Shown piece by piece: positions 1 to 12,033 of a stretch of DNA of 64,000 nucleotides. Position 1 is the stretch's first letter. Every line of letters starts with the position of its first letter. Below the pieces are notes generated by a model. It worked only from the letters and a program-made list of their open reading frames with translations. It did not search any database and was not told the DNA's origin. Source of the stretch: Squalus acanthias (Eukaryota); NCBI GenBank assembly GCA_030390025.1, contig CM059427.1, positions 42,160,001 to 42,224,000 on the forward strand, given 5' to 3'. The translations under genes and the position numbers were made by a program.

Positions 1-980
1 CACATGCGCGCTCCTCCAGTTTCTCTCTGTTCAGAGAGAAGACAACGTAGTCCCTTCTCCTGGTGTAGAGAGCCTCCGTGATCGCCCGGATGCAGCGATG
101 GATGGTGAACTGAGAGATGCTAGCTATGTCTCCTGCTGCAGACTGGAAGGATCCGCTGGCGAAGGAATTGAGGGCCACGGTGACCTTGAAGGCTACTGGG
201 AGCATCGTGTTCGCCGTGCTCTGAGGCTGCAGGTCTGGTTGCAGGAGGTGGCAGAGTTCTGTGACCACCTCCTTGGTTAAGCGGAGCCCCCTAATACCTC
301 CACTTAAGTGAGGAGCAGTGTAAGAGAAGTGCTCTCAGAAGACCCTAGGTGGGTAAGGCCTCCTGCTAAGAGCCCACCTGGTCCTCCTGCTCCCCCCTCT
401 GCGCGCATCTTTTCCTCTTCTTCGCTGCCTCCGCTCCCTCTCCCGAAAATACTCGAGCGCGAGGGGGCTGCAAATAGAATCCCCATGACTATGAGCAAAT
501 GTTGTGAGCAGAAGCCTTTAAATGAGAATGAAGGTGTTCTCCACTTGCAGCAACACTTCCTGTCACATCAGGAACTTTAAACTAGTTTTGAAAGCTGCAA
601 TAGTTGTAGAAAGTTACACAGAGCCAGTCAAACTGAAAAACCATGTCAGCTGCCAGTTATTGCTGATGATCCCTTTAAATAATGCTGCTGGAGGCTCCTT
701 CCTGCTAGTGAACACTTGGTCAGCTGGTCGTGATTAATATAGGCTGGTAAGTGGAGCGGCGAATGCGGAAATGGCAGATTGGGTGTCAAATAAGTGTTGC
801 ACACTCACTGACGTCATGATCTGCTTAATCTAAATATCTGCAGTGAGTGCAGGCATCGGCAGCGCTGCTGACCTGCCCAAAATGGTGGCCGCTGCAGGAC
901 CTGCCGGAAGCGAGGCGGCCACCATTTTTCTTTCAAAACGGGCCTTAACGGCCAGCGCTAAACCTCCGAATTTCTAGTCC
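1..980 (-). mobile_element. PIF/Harbinger DNA transposon, 5' part with disrupted transposase (continues past the window start)
   Basis: Minus strand of ~1-370 reads RRPYPPRVF*...LRLTKEVVTELCHLLQPDLQPQ...LPVAFKVTVALNSFASGSFQSAAGDIASISQFTIHRCIRAITEALY, a HARBI1-like transposase N-terminus; terminus GGACTAGAAATTC at 980 followed by TAA. Confidence 0.8.
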
Positions 981-1405
981 TAAGAATCTCAATTATGTTG
1001 GACTCAAAATAATTTAATGAACTGATGAAAATTAAGTAATGTCTTGCTAACTTTATCTGCTGATTTAATGTGCTACTATGTATAATTCTTTTTGTAATCA
1101 ACAATTTGTTGTTTAGCTCCAAATGTAAGGCTTGTCTGTATTTTTTGCCCACTTATCAGAGCTGAAGTATACAATCGCTAATCTGTACTACATCTGCTGT
1201 AACTCAGCAGTAAAAGGGTAGATTGTGGCCCTAATTCATATTATGTCGCATTCACTATACGCATAAAAACATTAGGAAATCCAGAGCAAGACAAGACCAA
1301 GTGTGTTAAGGGAGGGGGGCGGGATATATTTTTATTTTTATACCTGTTTAACTAAAATGCATTAGTATCCTACCTGTGAAAGGGTTTTAAATAATTCTAT
1401 TTCCA

Positions 1406-1836
1406 AGAAATAACTTGCATTTATATAGCACCTAATTCATGTCCTCAGTACATCCCAAAGCGCTTCCTAGTCAATGAATTACTTTTCTAAAATAATCATT
1501 GTTGCTATGTTGGTTAAATACTGCAACTGATTTACACATAGCAAGATCCTACAAACAGCAAATGAGATCACAAACCAGTTAATTTATTCTTTGGCTGCAG
1601 GAAGAATGTTGGCATGGAGAACGGCCAGCTGCTCTTCAAATAGTGGCATTCATCTGAATAGGCAGATTGGGCCTCAGTTTAATGTCTCATCCAAAGATGG
1701 CACCTCCAGTAATTCAGCACTCCGTCAGTACTGCACTAAAGTGTTAACCTTATTTATGTGCTTAAGTCCAGAAGTGGGGCTTAAACCCACAACCTTCTGA
1801 CTCAGGTGAGAGTAACACCAACTGAGCTAAATTGGA
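1406..1836 (-). mobile_element. Degenerate SacSINE1-like (Deu-domain) tRNA-derived SINE
   Basis: Colinear diverged copy of 16795-17251 (acttgcatttatatagc...caaccttctgactcagg). Confidence 0.75.
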
Positions 1837-2032
1837 CATCCAAGCTGGAATTAAAACTGCTTGTAAGAAATAAGTGGGTAAAGTTTAAACTAACCTCTTC
1901 AACATTTTTCAGAAAGACATAGCGTTTTCACAAAAAGTAAATTACTGATGTCAGTAAGGAATATTAAATATTTAAATCTAAAATATGTATGCAATTTGGC
2001 TGTGGAACTGACTGTTTTGACAATTTACTTAC

Positions 2033-2161
2033 CCAAGCTTAGGATTTACAGAAATAGCAGCTGGCTGGTCGAGTTGAGAGGAAATCAGCCATTTCCTGTA
2101 CCTGCCATCCAGCTTTGCCACCTCAATTCTGTTTGTGCTGGCATCAGTCCAATAAATATGC
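2033..2161 (-). CDS. LRP2: LRP2 exon (~68), YWTD propeller
   Basis: 129 nt, AAG/GTAAG; [43 protein letters not shown]. Confidence 0.94.
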
Positions 2162-2767
2162 CTTTAAAAACAAATGAAATTGACATGATCAAAAATGTCT
2201 CAGCATTCTGCCTTGGACCAGTTATACAGGGGTTTGTTGAATATGTTTCAACATCTTTTCCAACTGTTAACCATTTACTATATTTAGAATAGCAATGAAA
2301 TGAAAGTTAGCACAGCAAAATGTATTACCCTCCCTTCAGCATTGTTTTCCTTACTGATTCTATGGAATTTATCCTCCACATAAATTAGGTTTCAGGCCCA
2401 CTGTTAATGAGAAAAATTGATGGAACAATGCCCTTTTGCTCATTGTAGCCCAAGGGTCTGGTAACCTTACCTTGCTCCTGTGTTGCAAAACAGATTTACC
2501 CGAATCCCTCCTCAGTTTTTCTACCACTGGCAACGACAGAATAAACTCTAGTCATATATTGAAGAAGTAACTCTTGAAATAACATTCTAAGTATTCCAAG
2601 TCATAGAGAGAAAGCAAGGCAGGAGAGAAAGACTGTGTAGAGGATAAATTTCAGACAGGAACAATGAGAAAGACTGTGCTGAAGGTAGGTAGTCTACCAT
2701 CTTGTTCATTTCTCATCATGGACGAGTTTGAACAGCGGTGCCTGTGGGCAATAACTTATGGGATCTT

Positions 2768-3106
2768 ATGACACCCTCAAAGCCTCCTTGAAAAAGTGCA
2801 ACATCCCCACTGACACCTGGGAATCCCTGGCCCAAGACCACACAAAGTGGAGGAGAAGTATCCAGGAAGGCGCCGAACACCTCGAGTCTCTTCGCCGGGA
2901 GCAAGCGGAAGCCAAGCGCAAGCAGCGCACGTCAACCCAAGCACCCCACCCACCCGCCCCTTCAACCACCGTCTGCCCCACCTGTGACAGAGACTGTAGG
3001 TCCCACATTGGACTCATCAGTCACCTGAGAACTCATTTTTAATGTGGAAGCAAGTCATCCTCGGTTCCGAGGGACTGCCTAAGAAGAAGAAGAGGAGAAG
3101 AAGAAG
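2768..3106 (+). mobile_element. RTE-clade LINE 3' fragment
   Basis: DTLKASLKKCNI..WESLAQD..WR..CPTCDRDCRSHIGLISHLRTH C-terminal zinc finger, (AAG)n tail, 10-bp TSD ATGGGATCTT at 2758-2767 and 3107-3116. Confidence 0.88.
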
Positions 3107-3378
3107 ATGGGATCTTTGATCCAATCTAGACTGCTTGTCTGAAAACAAAAATGCACTGTGGTATGTAAACAGAACACAAGCCTGAACTAACACGAATGAA
3201 ATGTCTTAGCTGACGATTATATCACATGTTCTAAAAGAACGATGGAACATTCAACTTTCAACAACAGAAGAAAAAGAACGGAATTAGTTGGACTGACAAA
3301 GGTCTGTAGAATTTACCCGATGCGAAGAAAAGGGGAGTCACCTGCCACAAAGAGGTACCTGTTTGCGTAACATTTGGG

Positions 3379-6300
3379 CAGAGCATTCTGGAGGGGGAGG
3401 GTGAACAGCCAGCTGTCGTGGTGCATATAGGTAAAAAACGGGATGAGGTCCTAAAAGCTGAATATAGGGAGTTAGGAGGTAAATTAAAAAATAGGACCTC
3501 AAAAGGTAGTAATCTCAGGATTGCTACCAATGCCACGTGCTAGTCAGAGTAGAAATAGAAGGATATTTCAGATGAATACGTGGCTAGAGGAATGGTGCAA
3601 GGGGGAGGGATTCAAATTCCTGGGACATTGGAACCGGTTCTGGGAGAGGTGGGACCAGTACAAACTGGACAGTTTGCACCTGGGCAGGACCGGGACCGAT
3701 GTCCTAGGGGGAGTTTTTGCTCGTGCTGTTGGGGAGGGTTTAAACTAAAATGGCAGGGGGTTGGGAACCTGTGCAGGGAAACAGAGGAAAGGGAAGCAAG
3801 GATAGACACAAAAGACAGGAAGGAGAAAAGCAAAAGTGGAAGGCAGAGAAATCAAGGGTGTAAATCAAACAGGGCCACAGTAAATAATAATTCTAAAAGG
3901 ACTAAGAGTGTTAAAAAAACAAGCCTGAAGGCTTTGTGTCTTAATGCGAGGAGCATTCGTAATAAGGTGGATGAATTAGCTGCGCAAATAGATGTAAACG
4001 GATATGATATAATTGGGATTACGGAGACATGGCTCCAGGGTGACCAAGGCTGGGAATTCAATATCCAGGGGTATTCAATATTCAGGAAGGACAGGCAAAA
4101 AGGAAAGGGAGGTGGGGTAGCATTGCTGGTTAAAGAGGCGATTAACACAATAGTAAGGAAGGATATTAGCTCTGATGATGTGGAATCTGTATGGGTAGAG
4201 CTAAGAAATACCAAGGGGCAGAAAACGTTAGTGGGAGTTGTATACAGACCCCCAAACAGTAATGCTGAGGTTGGGGATGGCATTAAATGGGAAATTAGAG
4301 ATGCGTGCAATAAGGGCACAGCATCATCATGGGTGACTTTAATCTACATATAGATTGGGCTAACCAAATTAGTAACAATACTGGGGAGGAGGAATTCCTA
4401 GAGTGTATACGGGATGGTTTCCTGGACCAATATGTCGAGGAACCAACTAGAGATCAGGCCATCTTAGACTGGGTATTATGTAATGAGAAAGGATTGATTA
4501 GCAATTTTGTTGTGCGAGGCCCCTTGGGGAGGAGCGATCATAATATGATCGAATTCTTCATTAAGATGGAGAGTGAAGTAGTTGACTCAGAGACTAGGGT
4601 ACTGAATTTAAATAAAGGAAACTACGATGGTATAAGACGCGAGTTGTCTAGGATGGATTGGGGAATGTTACTTAAAGGGTTGATGGTGGATAGGCAATGG
4701 CAAACATTTAAAGATCGCATGGATGAACTACAGAATTTGTTCATCCCTGTTTGGCATAAAAATAAAACAAAAAAGTTGGCACAACCGTGGCTAACAAGGG
4801 AAATTAGGGATAGCATAAGATCCAAGGAGAGGACATATAAATTGGCCAGAAAAAGCAGCAAACCTGAGGATTGGGAGCAGTTTAGGATTCAGCAAAGGAG
4901 GACAAAAGGATTAATTAAGAGGGGGAAAATAGAGTATGAGAGTAAGCTTGCAGGGAACATAAAAACTGACTGTAAAAGCTTCTATAGATGTGTGAAGAGA
5001 AAAAGATTGGTGAAGTCAAGCGTAGGTCCTTTGCAGTCAGAATCAAGGGAATTTATAATGGGGAACAAAGAAATAGCGGACCAATTAAATACATACTTTG
5101 GTTCTGTCTTCACAAAGGAGGACACAAATAACCTCCCAGAGATGTCAGGGAATATAGGGTCCAATGAGAGGGAGGAACTGAATGAAATCAGTATTTGTAG
5201 GGAAATGGTGTTGGGGAAATTGACAGGATTGAAGGCCGATAAATCCCCAGGGCCTGATAATCTACATCCTAGGGTACTTAAGGAAGTGGCCCTAGAAATA
5301 GTAGATGCATTGCTGGTCATCTTCCAAAATTCTATAGACTCTGGAACAGTTCCCATGGATTGGAGGGTAGCTAATGATACCCCACTATTTAAAAAAGGTG
5401 GTAGAGAGAAAACGGGGAATTATAGACCAGTAAGCCTGACATCGGTAGTGGGGAAAATGCTAGAGTCCATTATAAAAGATGTAGTAGCAGAGCACTTGGA
5501 AAACAGTGACAGGATCGGACAAAGTCAACATGGATTTACAAAAGGGAAATCGTGCTTGACTAATCTACTGGAATTTTTTGAGGATGTAACTGGTAGAATA
5601 GATAAGGGAGAACCAGTGGATGTGGTGTATTTGGACTTTCAGAAGGCTTTCGATAAGGTCCCGCATAAGAGATTAGTGTGCAAAGTTAAAGCACATGGGA
5701 TTGGGGGTAAGGTACTGACTTGGATAGAGAACTGGTTGGCAGACAGGAAGCAAAGAGTTGGAATAAATGGGTCTTTTTCCAAGTGGCAGGCAGTGACTAG
5801 TGGGGTACCGCAGGGATCGGTGCTAGGACCCCAGCTATTCACAATATATATTAATGATCTAGACGAGGGGACTAGATGTAATATCTCCAAGTTTGAAGAC
5901 AACACAAAGCTGGGTGGTTGTGTGTGCTGTGAGGAGGATGCAGAGAAACTCCAGTATGATTTGGACAGGTTGGGTGATTGGGCAGATGCATGGCAGATGC
6001 AGTATAATGTGGATAAATGCGAGATTATCCACTTTGGTGGCAAAAACAGGAAGGCAGATTATTATCTGAACGGCAATAGATTGGGAGAGGGAGAAGTGCA
6101 ACGAGACCTGGGTGTTCTTGTGCACCAGTCGCTGAAGGTAAGCATGCAGGTGCAGCAGGCAGTTAAGAAGGCAAATGGTATGTTGGCCTTCATAGCGAGA
6201 GGATTCGAGTACAGGAGCAAGGATGTCTTGCTGCAGTTGTACAGGGCCTATGTGAGACCACACCTTGAGTATTGTGTGCAGTTTTGGTCACCTTATCTGA

Positions 6301-6821
6301 GGAAGGATGTTCTTGTCATGGAGGGAGTGCAGCGAAGATTCACCAGACTGATACCTGGGATGGCAGGAATGACGTATGAGGATAGATTGGGTCGATTGGG
6401 CTTATATTTGCTGGAGTTTAGAAGAATGAGAGGGGATCTCATTGAAACTTTTAAAATTCTAACAGGACTAGACAGACTAGATGCAGGAAGGATGTTCCCG
6501 ATGGCGGGGGAGTCCAGAACCAGGGGTCACAGTCTAAGGATAAGGGGTGAGTTATTTAGGACAGAGATGAGGAGGAATTTCTTCACCCAGAGTGGTGAAC
6601 CTGTGGAATTCTCTACCACAGAAGGCAGTTGAGGCCAATTCATTAAATATATTCAAGAAGGAGTTAGATATATTTCTTAAGGCTAAAGGGATCAAGCGAT
6701 ATGGGGAGAAAGCAGGGACAGGGTACTGAATTTGGATGATCAGCCATGATCTCATTAAATGGCGGAGCAGGCTCGAGGGGCCGAATGGCCTACTCCTGCT
6801 CCTATCTTCTATGTTACTATG
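3379..6821 (+). mobile_element. Young CR1 LINE, 5'-truncated (ORF1 esterase end, then ORF2 APE endonuclease and RT, frameshift near 4325)
   Basis: ORFs 3580-4353 (LNARSIRNK, GITETWL, GVVYRPP) and 4329-6632 (GDFN, YRPVSLTS, GVPQGSVLGP); CR1 3' stem-loop and TTCTATG tail. Confidence 0.95.
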
Positions 6822-8194
6822 ATACAAGAATGTTAGCTGAAAGTAGCCTTCAGATTTCATGCAGCCCCCCTACGTCAGTAATATTGCTGTGATTGTCAGT
6901 TCATTGCAGCATTTATGCTGTTGCTGACATTTCACGTGTGCTCACACAGAAAAGTCAGTAGCCCAACGGCCTGGGAATGAAAGAGCCTTATGCATCCACT
7001 CAAACACAGTCTCCCCTACAGTCCCCGTCACACAGCACTATCTACAATCCCAACTGCACAAACACAGTGGTCCCGAATTTCCTCGGGGGCTACACCAGAC
7101 TTCCGTCATACCTCTGGCGGAACGCACCATAACTGGAAGGAACCTAGTTGTGCTGTGTCCTCACTAATTCTGGGATCTCCCCTGGCCTTGTAAGGGGTGG
7201 TGGGGGTTATAGGTGCGGGGTGAATGTGGGACCGTGACTGTTGAGGTAACTTTTGGAGAAGTAATGAACTGATTTTTCTGTTGAAAATCCAAATGTCACT
7301 GTTTTTCTTTTTTTACAGTTAAGTCAATCAATTGTGAAATATAACATGGTTAAAATTGATCATGATGATTATTAATGTCAAAAATAAAAAAATTCTCTCC
7401 AGATTGCCCCTAGAAATGCATCACCAAATTTCGTGCCTTCACTATTTGGATTTTCCTCTTCAGGTTTTCATGCAATTTTTTTTTTGCTCCAATACAAGTG
7501 AAAGAATGTTGGTTAGCTACAGCTTAAGTAACAAAGCTTGTGTAACTATTTGTTTTCACATTCAAAGTTTTACATTCAGGGCTATTTTTGAGTTGTCAGC
7601 TTTTTGGCAGGTAGGTCAACATTTTCAAAGCTGCTGGTCCGATTTTGCTAGTTTTCTAGGTTGCCGTGAATGTGGGTGCAAGAAGTAGTTAAGGTGACCT
7701 TCAACTCTTTGGGAGAAAAACTGGAGAGCCTCAGGAGATGGAATGAAGGAGTTGGGCAGTGCAAAGATCCTTGCTGATGTAGACCCAAGCACCATCCGAG
7801 TGCCCATCATCAGGCTGGTAGAGCAATGCCTGCGCACAGGATGTCTCAGCTCGTAGTCCTGCTGCAGAGACTCTTCTGCAGTCCTGGAGCTCTGAGCCTC
7901 TATCTAACAGTGGCAACAACCTCCCTGGCCAATTCTTGGTTTGGTGCCAGGCTTTCAAGGTTATTTGTAAGCCTGTAGAACATTCGCAGTAACACCAACT
8001 CTTGCGAATTAATCGCGAGACACGCAATTTTTAATAAAAAATTGCCCCATCTTGCGATCTTACTGTAAAAAGTCATGATTTCCCTTTAGAATTTCTTGCG
8101 CCTGCGCAGTTCCAGTTTAATGACATGACGTCACATTCAATGACTTCAGCCTCTTCCAAGCCGCGCATGCATCCTGCGATTTTGAAAGTCGGGT

Positions 8195-8222
8195 GGGGGG
8201 GGGGGGGGGGGGGGGGGGGGGG
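8195..8222 (+). repeat. Poly-G tract (~28 G)
   Basis: Direct reading; length is prone to sequencing error. Confidence 0.9.
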
Positions 8223-8334
8223 CCTTGAAACTGCCGCCGGTGGAGCGGGCCTGGATTTCTATTCACTTTAAAACTCTTAAAGGCGTGAGGCGCGCTCGGA
8301 CCCCACGGCCCCTCCTCCTGAAAGGCCTCGGATC

Positions 8335-8610
8335 ATGTTGGCGCCGGCAGTGGTGGCCGGGCCAGGACCAGGACCAGGACCCGGAGCCAGGCCTCCGCCC
8401 TCTTGTGCGGCGGCGATGATGATAAAAGGCGTTGCCGGATGGGGCTCAGGTTCAACTTCCAGCTGCGAGTCGCTGCTGTGCTCTGCCAGCCCACTGTTGG
8501 CCTGCACTGGGCCCAGAGTCGGGGACCTGCTGAGCATCTTCACCCCGGAGCTGGACGGGGAGCTCGATAAGAACGTGAACGGTGAACTGAAGCCGGACTT
8601 CTCATCGAAG
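8335..8610 (+). pseudogene. Putative captured first coding exon of an unidentified gene
   Basis: ATG-started 92-codon frame, CpG-rich, strong GC3 bias in its 3' half, ends AAG/GTAAAT donor. Confidence 0.45.
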
Positions 8611-8795
8611 GTAAATAGATGATCGGGGATTGACTGAGCGGCGGAAAGTGGGCCCTGGGGCTGAAAGGTGAGGGGAACAACCGGGACTAATGATCAGTTT
8701 GGGGTGGGTATCAGGATCTGGGGTGGGTATTGGGGGTAGGTTAGGTGGTGTGGCTATTGAGGTGTGGGGTGGGTATGGAGTCACTCTGGAGCAAA

Positions 8796-8977
8796 GGGAG
8801 GATTTCAAACCGCGCCGCACTGCTGCTGCTGCACCGGAAACAGCTTCAGATTTGAATCCAACCGACCCCCATCGCGCCCCATTTTTATTTACATTGAAGT
8901 CAATGGGAGAGATGTAAAACGGGCTCTTGACTCGCTATCACCCGTTTTCCACCATCGCAAAGTCAAAAATCTACCCC
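8796..8977. mobile_element. Small old MITE (Harbinger-type ends)
   Basis: GGGAGGATTTC ... AAAATCTACCCC imperfect TIRs; internal CATTGAAGTCAATG near-palindrome. Confidence 0.45.
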
Positions 8978-10099
8978 AGTGAACTAGAACTACCCTCCCC
9001 CATCCCTGGCCAAATCTGGGCTGTGAGAGGGGGCTCCAATCTCCCTGACCGTCTGTCGCTCTCCCTGACTGTCTGTCGCTCTTTGTATCTATCTCAATCT
9101 ATTTATTTATTTCTGTCTTGGTCTCTCTCTCTCTCTCCGTCCAGTACTTGCCCTATGGGTGAGATTGAGATCCCGTTGCCTGGGGTTCATTGGTCATGGA
9201 CTTGTGCCAAAACAATTCAGTGACACCTCCATACCCCAGTGCACACTGGACATGGTGCCACTCTCCACGCTCCATTTGGTAATGCTTCACCAGTAATGCC
9301 AACTCTTGCATTAATCCCGAGATACGCGATTTTTAATGAAAATTTACCCCAACTCGCGAAGGGTGGTGATAATGGGTAGGATTTTTAAAAGTTTTTTGTA
9401 AAGCATTTTGTAAAGAGCTGTGACCTGTTAGAGATTAAATGAAGCCACTAATAAGGTTTATAAACCAAAAAATGCCAACTCATGATTTCTTACCAAATCT
9501 CATCATTTTTAAGAGTTTGTCTCATGATTTATGAGATGGTAGGGTTGGCATTACTGCATTCACAATATCGAACGGTGCATCTTGAAGTCTGGAAGGATAT
9601 AGCAGTAGAGGGAGAGCTCAAAGAATACCTGTTATAAAGGAGTATATGCCGCAAAAGTTTCACAGAGGGTGTTCCTTCACTTTAAAAATATTGTTGCTTA
9701 AGCACTTGGGTCCCTAAATTCCAATAGTGCCGTGAAGTGAGACAATGTGAGATTTCCACCTGTCTGGAGATCCTGGTGCGAGCAAAAGGAGAGGCATGTA
9801 GGCTGTCTCAGTCCACCCTGCAATGCTTCCGATATGCTGAGTGGGGAGCAGGGCCAAAAATTGGCAAAGAGGTGGAAGTTAGGCTCTAAATGACCCTGAA
9901 CGTGCACCAGATTGGGGAGGAGGGGTTAGAAAATATAAAATCTGTTTCTCGATCTAGGCCGAGGACTTCAGTGGGAAGCATGAAGCCGATTCAAAGAGGT
10001 CTAATGATAATGAAAAATTACATTTTCCAAACAATCCTAATTATTAAAACAAAACAACAAACAATATCCTGTTTAGAGCTTCATATTTTTGTTCCTTAC

Positions 10100-10265
10100 T
10101 TTCCAACCCAGTCCACGGCAATGCCATCAGGTGTCACTATATATTTCAGATTCAAGTCCACTGCTGTAGTTGGATTGTTTCCATTGTCATCAAATGTAGC
10201 GAGAAATGCTCGTTTTATAGCGCCGAAGTCTGGGCCATGTCCCAGGACAGTCCAGTACACCACAC
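10100..10265 (-). CDS. LRP2: LRP2 exon (~67), YWTD propeller
   Basis: 166 nt, CAG/GTAAG; SVVYWTVLGHGPDFGAIKRAFL...KYIVTPDGIAVDWVG. Confidence 0.94.
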
Positions 10266-10297
10266 CTGCAGAAAGGAGAAGGCTTTGGTTACTTATA

Positions 10298-11116
10298 GGG
10301 GGGGAATTTTCCCAGCCCTGGGGAGGCGGGACTGCCGGGAAAATGGCAGAAACTGGGGGTGGGTACCAAACTGGCTCCCAACCCGCCTCCGTGCCATCTT
10401 CCCGTGAGGCGGGTCCCCGACTTGCGCAGGGACCCGTCTCCTCGAGGCGGGAAGAGGATTACAGCCAATTAACTGCCTGTTAACAGGTAGTTAACAGGCA
10501 GTTAAGAGGCTTATCCCCATTTTGTCAACACAAGTGCGAGCTTCCCGACGTCAGGAAACCCCACCAGGGTCAGCGAGGCGAGCAGTGGGTCTGCGGGGGT
10601 GAGAGGGGTCGAAAGGTGCGCTGTGGAGCTGAGTGATGGGTGCAAGTGTGGAGAGGTAAGTATGGGAGGTGAGTGTAAAGTGTTAGAAAAAGTTTACTTA
10701 CCTTTGCTTCTTCCTGCAGGCTTCAACCCTTGGGGATCCAGAGGCTCCTCATCTCAACGGCAGAGATGACAGAATGGCTGCTGCATTCTCCAATGCAACA
10801 ACCATCTGATTTCTGCTCAGGAAAGAGGTTTGGTGAGTCTTGAGTACAAGGACTCACCAAACACAGAGAATGTCAGTGTTTGACAGATTCTCAAAGCTGT
10901 GAAATGATGACAATTCATCTGTCAAAAATTTTTGACAGATGAAACGTCATACGCTGACGTTCTCTGTCACCGGCTTTCCCTTAATTGGCCTAAGCCCGCA
11001 GGGCGGGCTTAACAAGGTCAATCAAGGAAAAATAGCGTGGGTTGGCCAGACCTCGTTGGGGACGGGACTGAAACCCGACAACCAGCAGTCCCGCCCCCAA
11101 CGATAAAATTCCCCCC
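10298..11116. mobile_element. Harbinger-type MITE
   Basis: TIR GGGGGGAATTTT / AAAATTCCCCCC, 3-bp TSD ATA. Confidence 0.75.
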
Positions 11117-11479
11117 ATAGTGTCTTGTAAATGTACGGGATTAAGTAAGTGATCCGCTTCCACCCTGAACTGTATTCAATATTTGGTGCACTCCACTCAC
11201 TTTGTGTTTTGGGAAGGTAAGTGAAAAATGCACGGCTACAAATTGCTCATTCCAGATGATGGAGTTCTTCACTCAGTGACCAGGTGCAGATCTAATGAAA
11301 CTTACTGCAACTGTGATGAGCAGATTGAGGTGACAGGTTATGTCACAAACAATAGGTACTGAAGAAAGTCTCCATGCTGATTTATTATTTAAATAATTCT
11401 ATATAAGTTTTGATATTTTTGTCTTTTATAATTTTTGAAATAAAGGACAAAGAAAACAAATAGATGGGGAACTAACAAG

Positions 11480-12033
11480 GAGCGCAAATCCCCTAACGCA
11501 AAAATCAGCGGGATGTTAGTGGCAACGGTAGCTGGTAGCGCCCCACGGCGTGCTCTGGCTGCAAACTTCTCTTGCGCCCCCTGACCTATTGCTGGACGAT
11601 ATGTCCGACAGGATCAGGGGGTGTTTTTGTAGCGGCGGTGGCGGCGCTACTTAAAGGGCAGGTGTCAAGCGGCCATTTTTTTTGGCTGACTGCCAGCACC
11701 TGCCCCCTTTCCCTCTTTTATGCGAGGTGCTGGCCGCGATTGCTGTTTTCACGGCACCCCGCTCCCTGGTGGTCCGGCAGGGCCCCGGTGCGTGCAGTGC
11801 TAGGCCCCTCCCCTTTAATTAATGACGTGGCGCTATGTGCTGCCGTGCGTGGCGCTGTTGCACGTAGCGCTGCGAACTTCAGTAGTAGCGCCCCAAGAAG
11901 GAAGTGGAGTGCTTCCAGTAGCGCCCCACCTCCTGCTTGGGGCATTATTACTGAATTTACAGCAGAGGGGTGCTAACTTTTTCGGGGTGCTAAAATTAGC
12001 ATCCCAAAAGGGGTGCCACCCAATTTTTCCCCC
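11480..12033. mobile_element. Harbinger-type MITE fragment (one end)
   Basis: CpG/AGCGCC-rich, ends CAATTTTTCCCCC like the 14601 element; left boundary approximate. Confidence 0.5.

Larger units (their letters stand above)
7987..9556. mobile_element. Non-autonomous TIR DNA transposon (hAT-like), composite with two left ends and captured DNA
   Basis: TIR CAGTAAYRCCAAC at 7987 and again at 9291; inverse GTTGGCATTACTG ending 9556; flanking CATTCG / CATTCA direct repeat. Confidence 0.7.

Noticed and set aside
9890-10483. 197-aa plus-strand ORF
   Set aside because: Chance frame joining intron, the antisense of an LRP2 exon and a MITE
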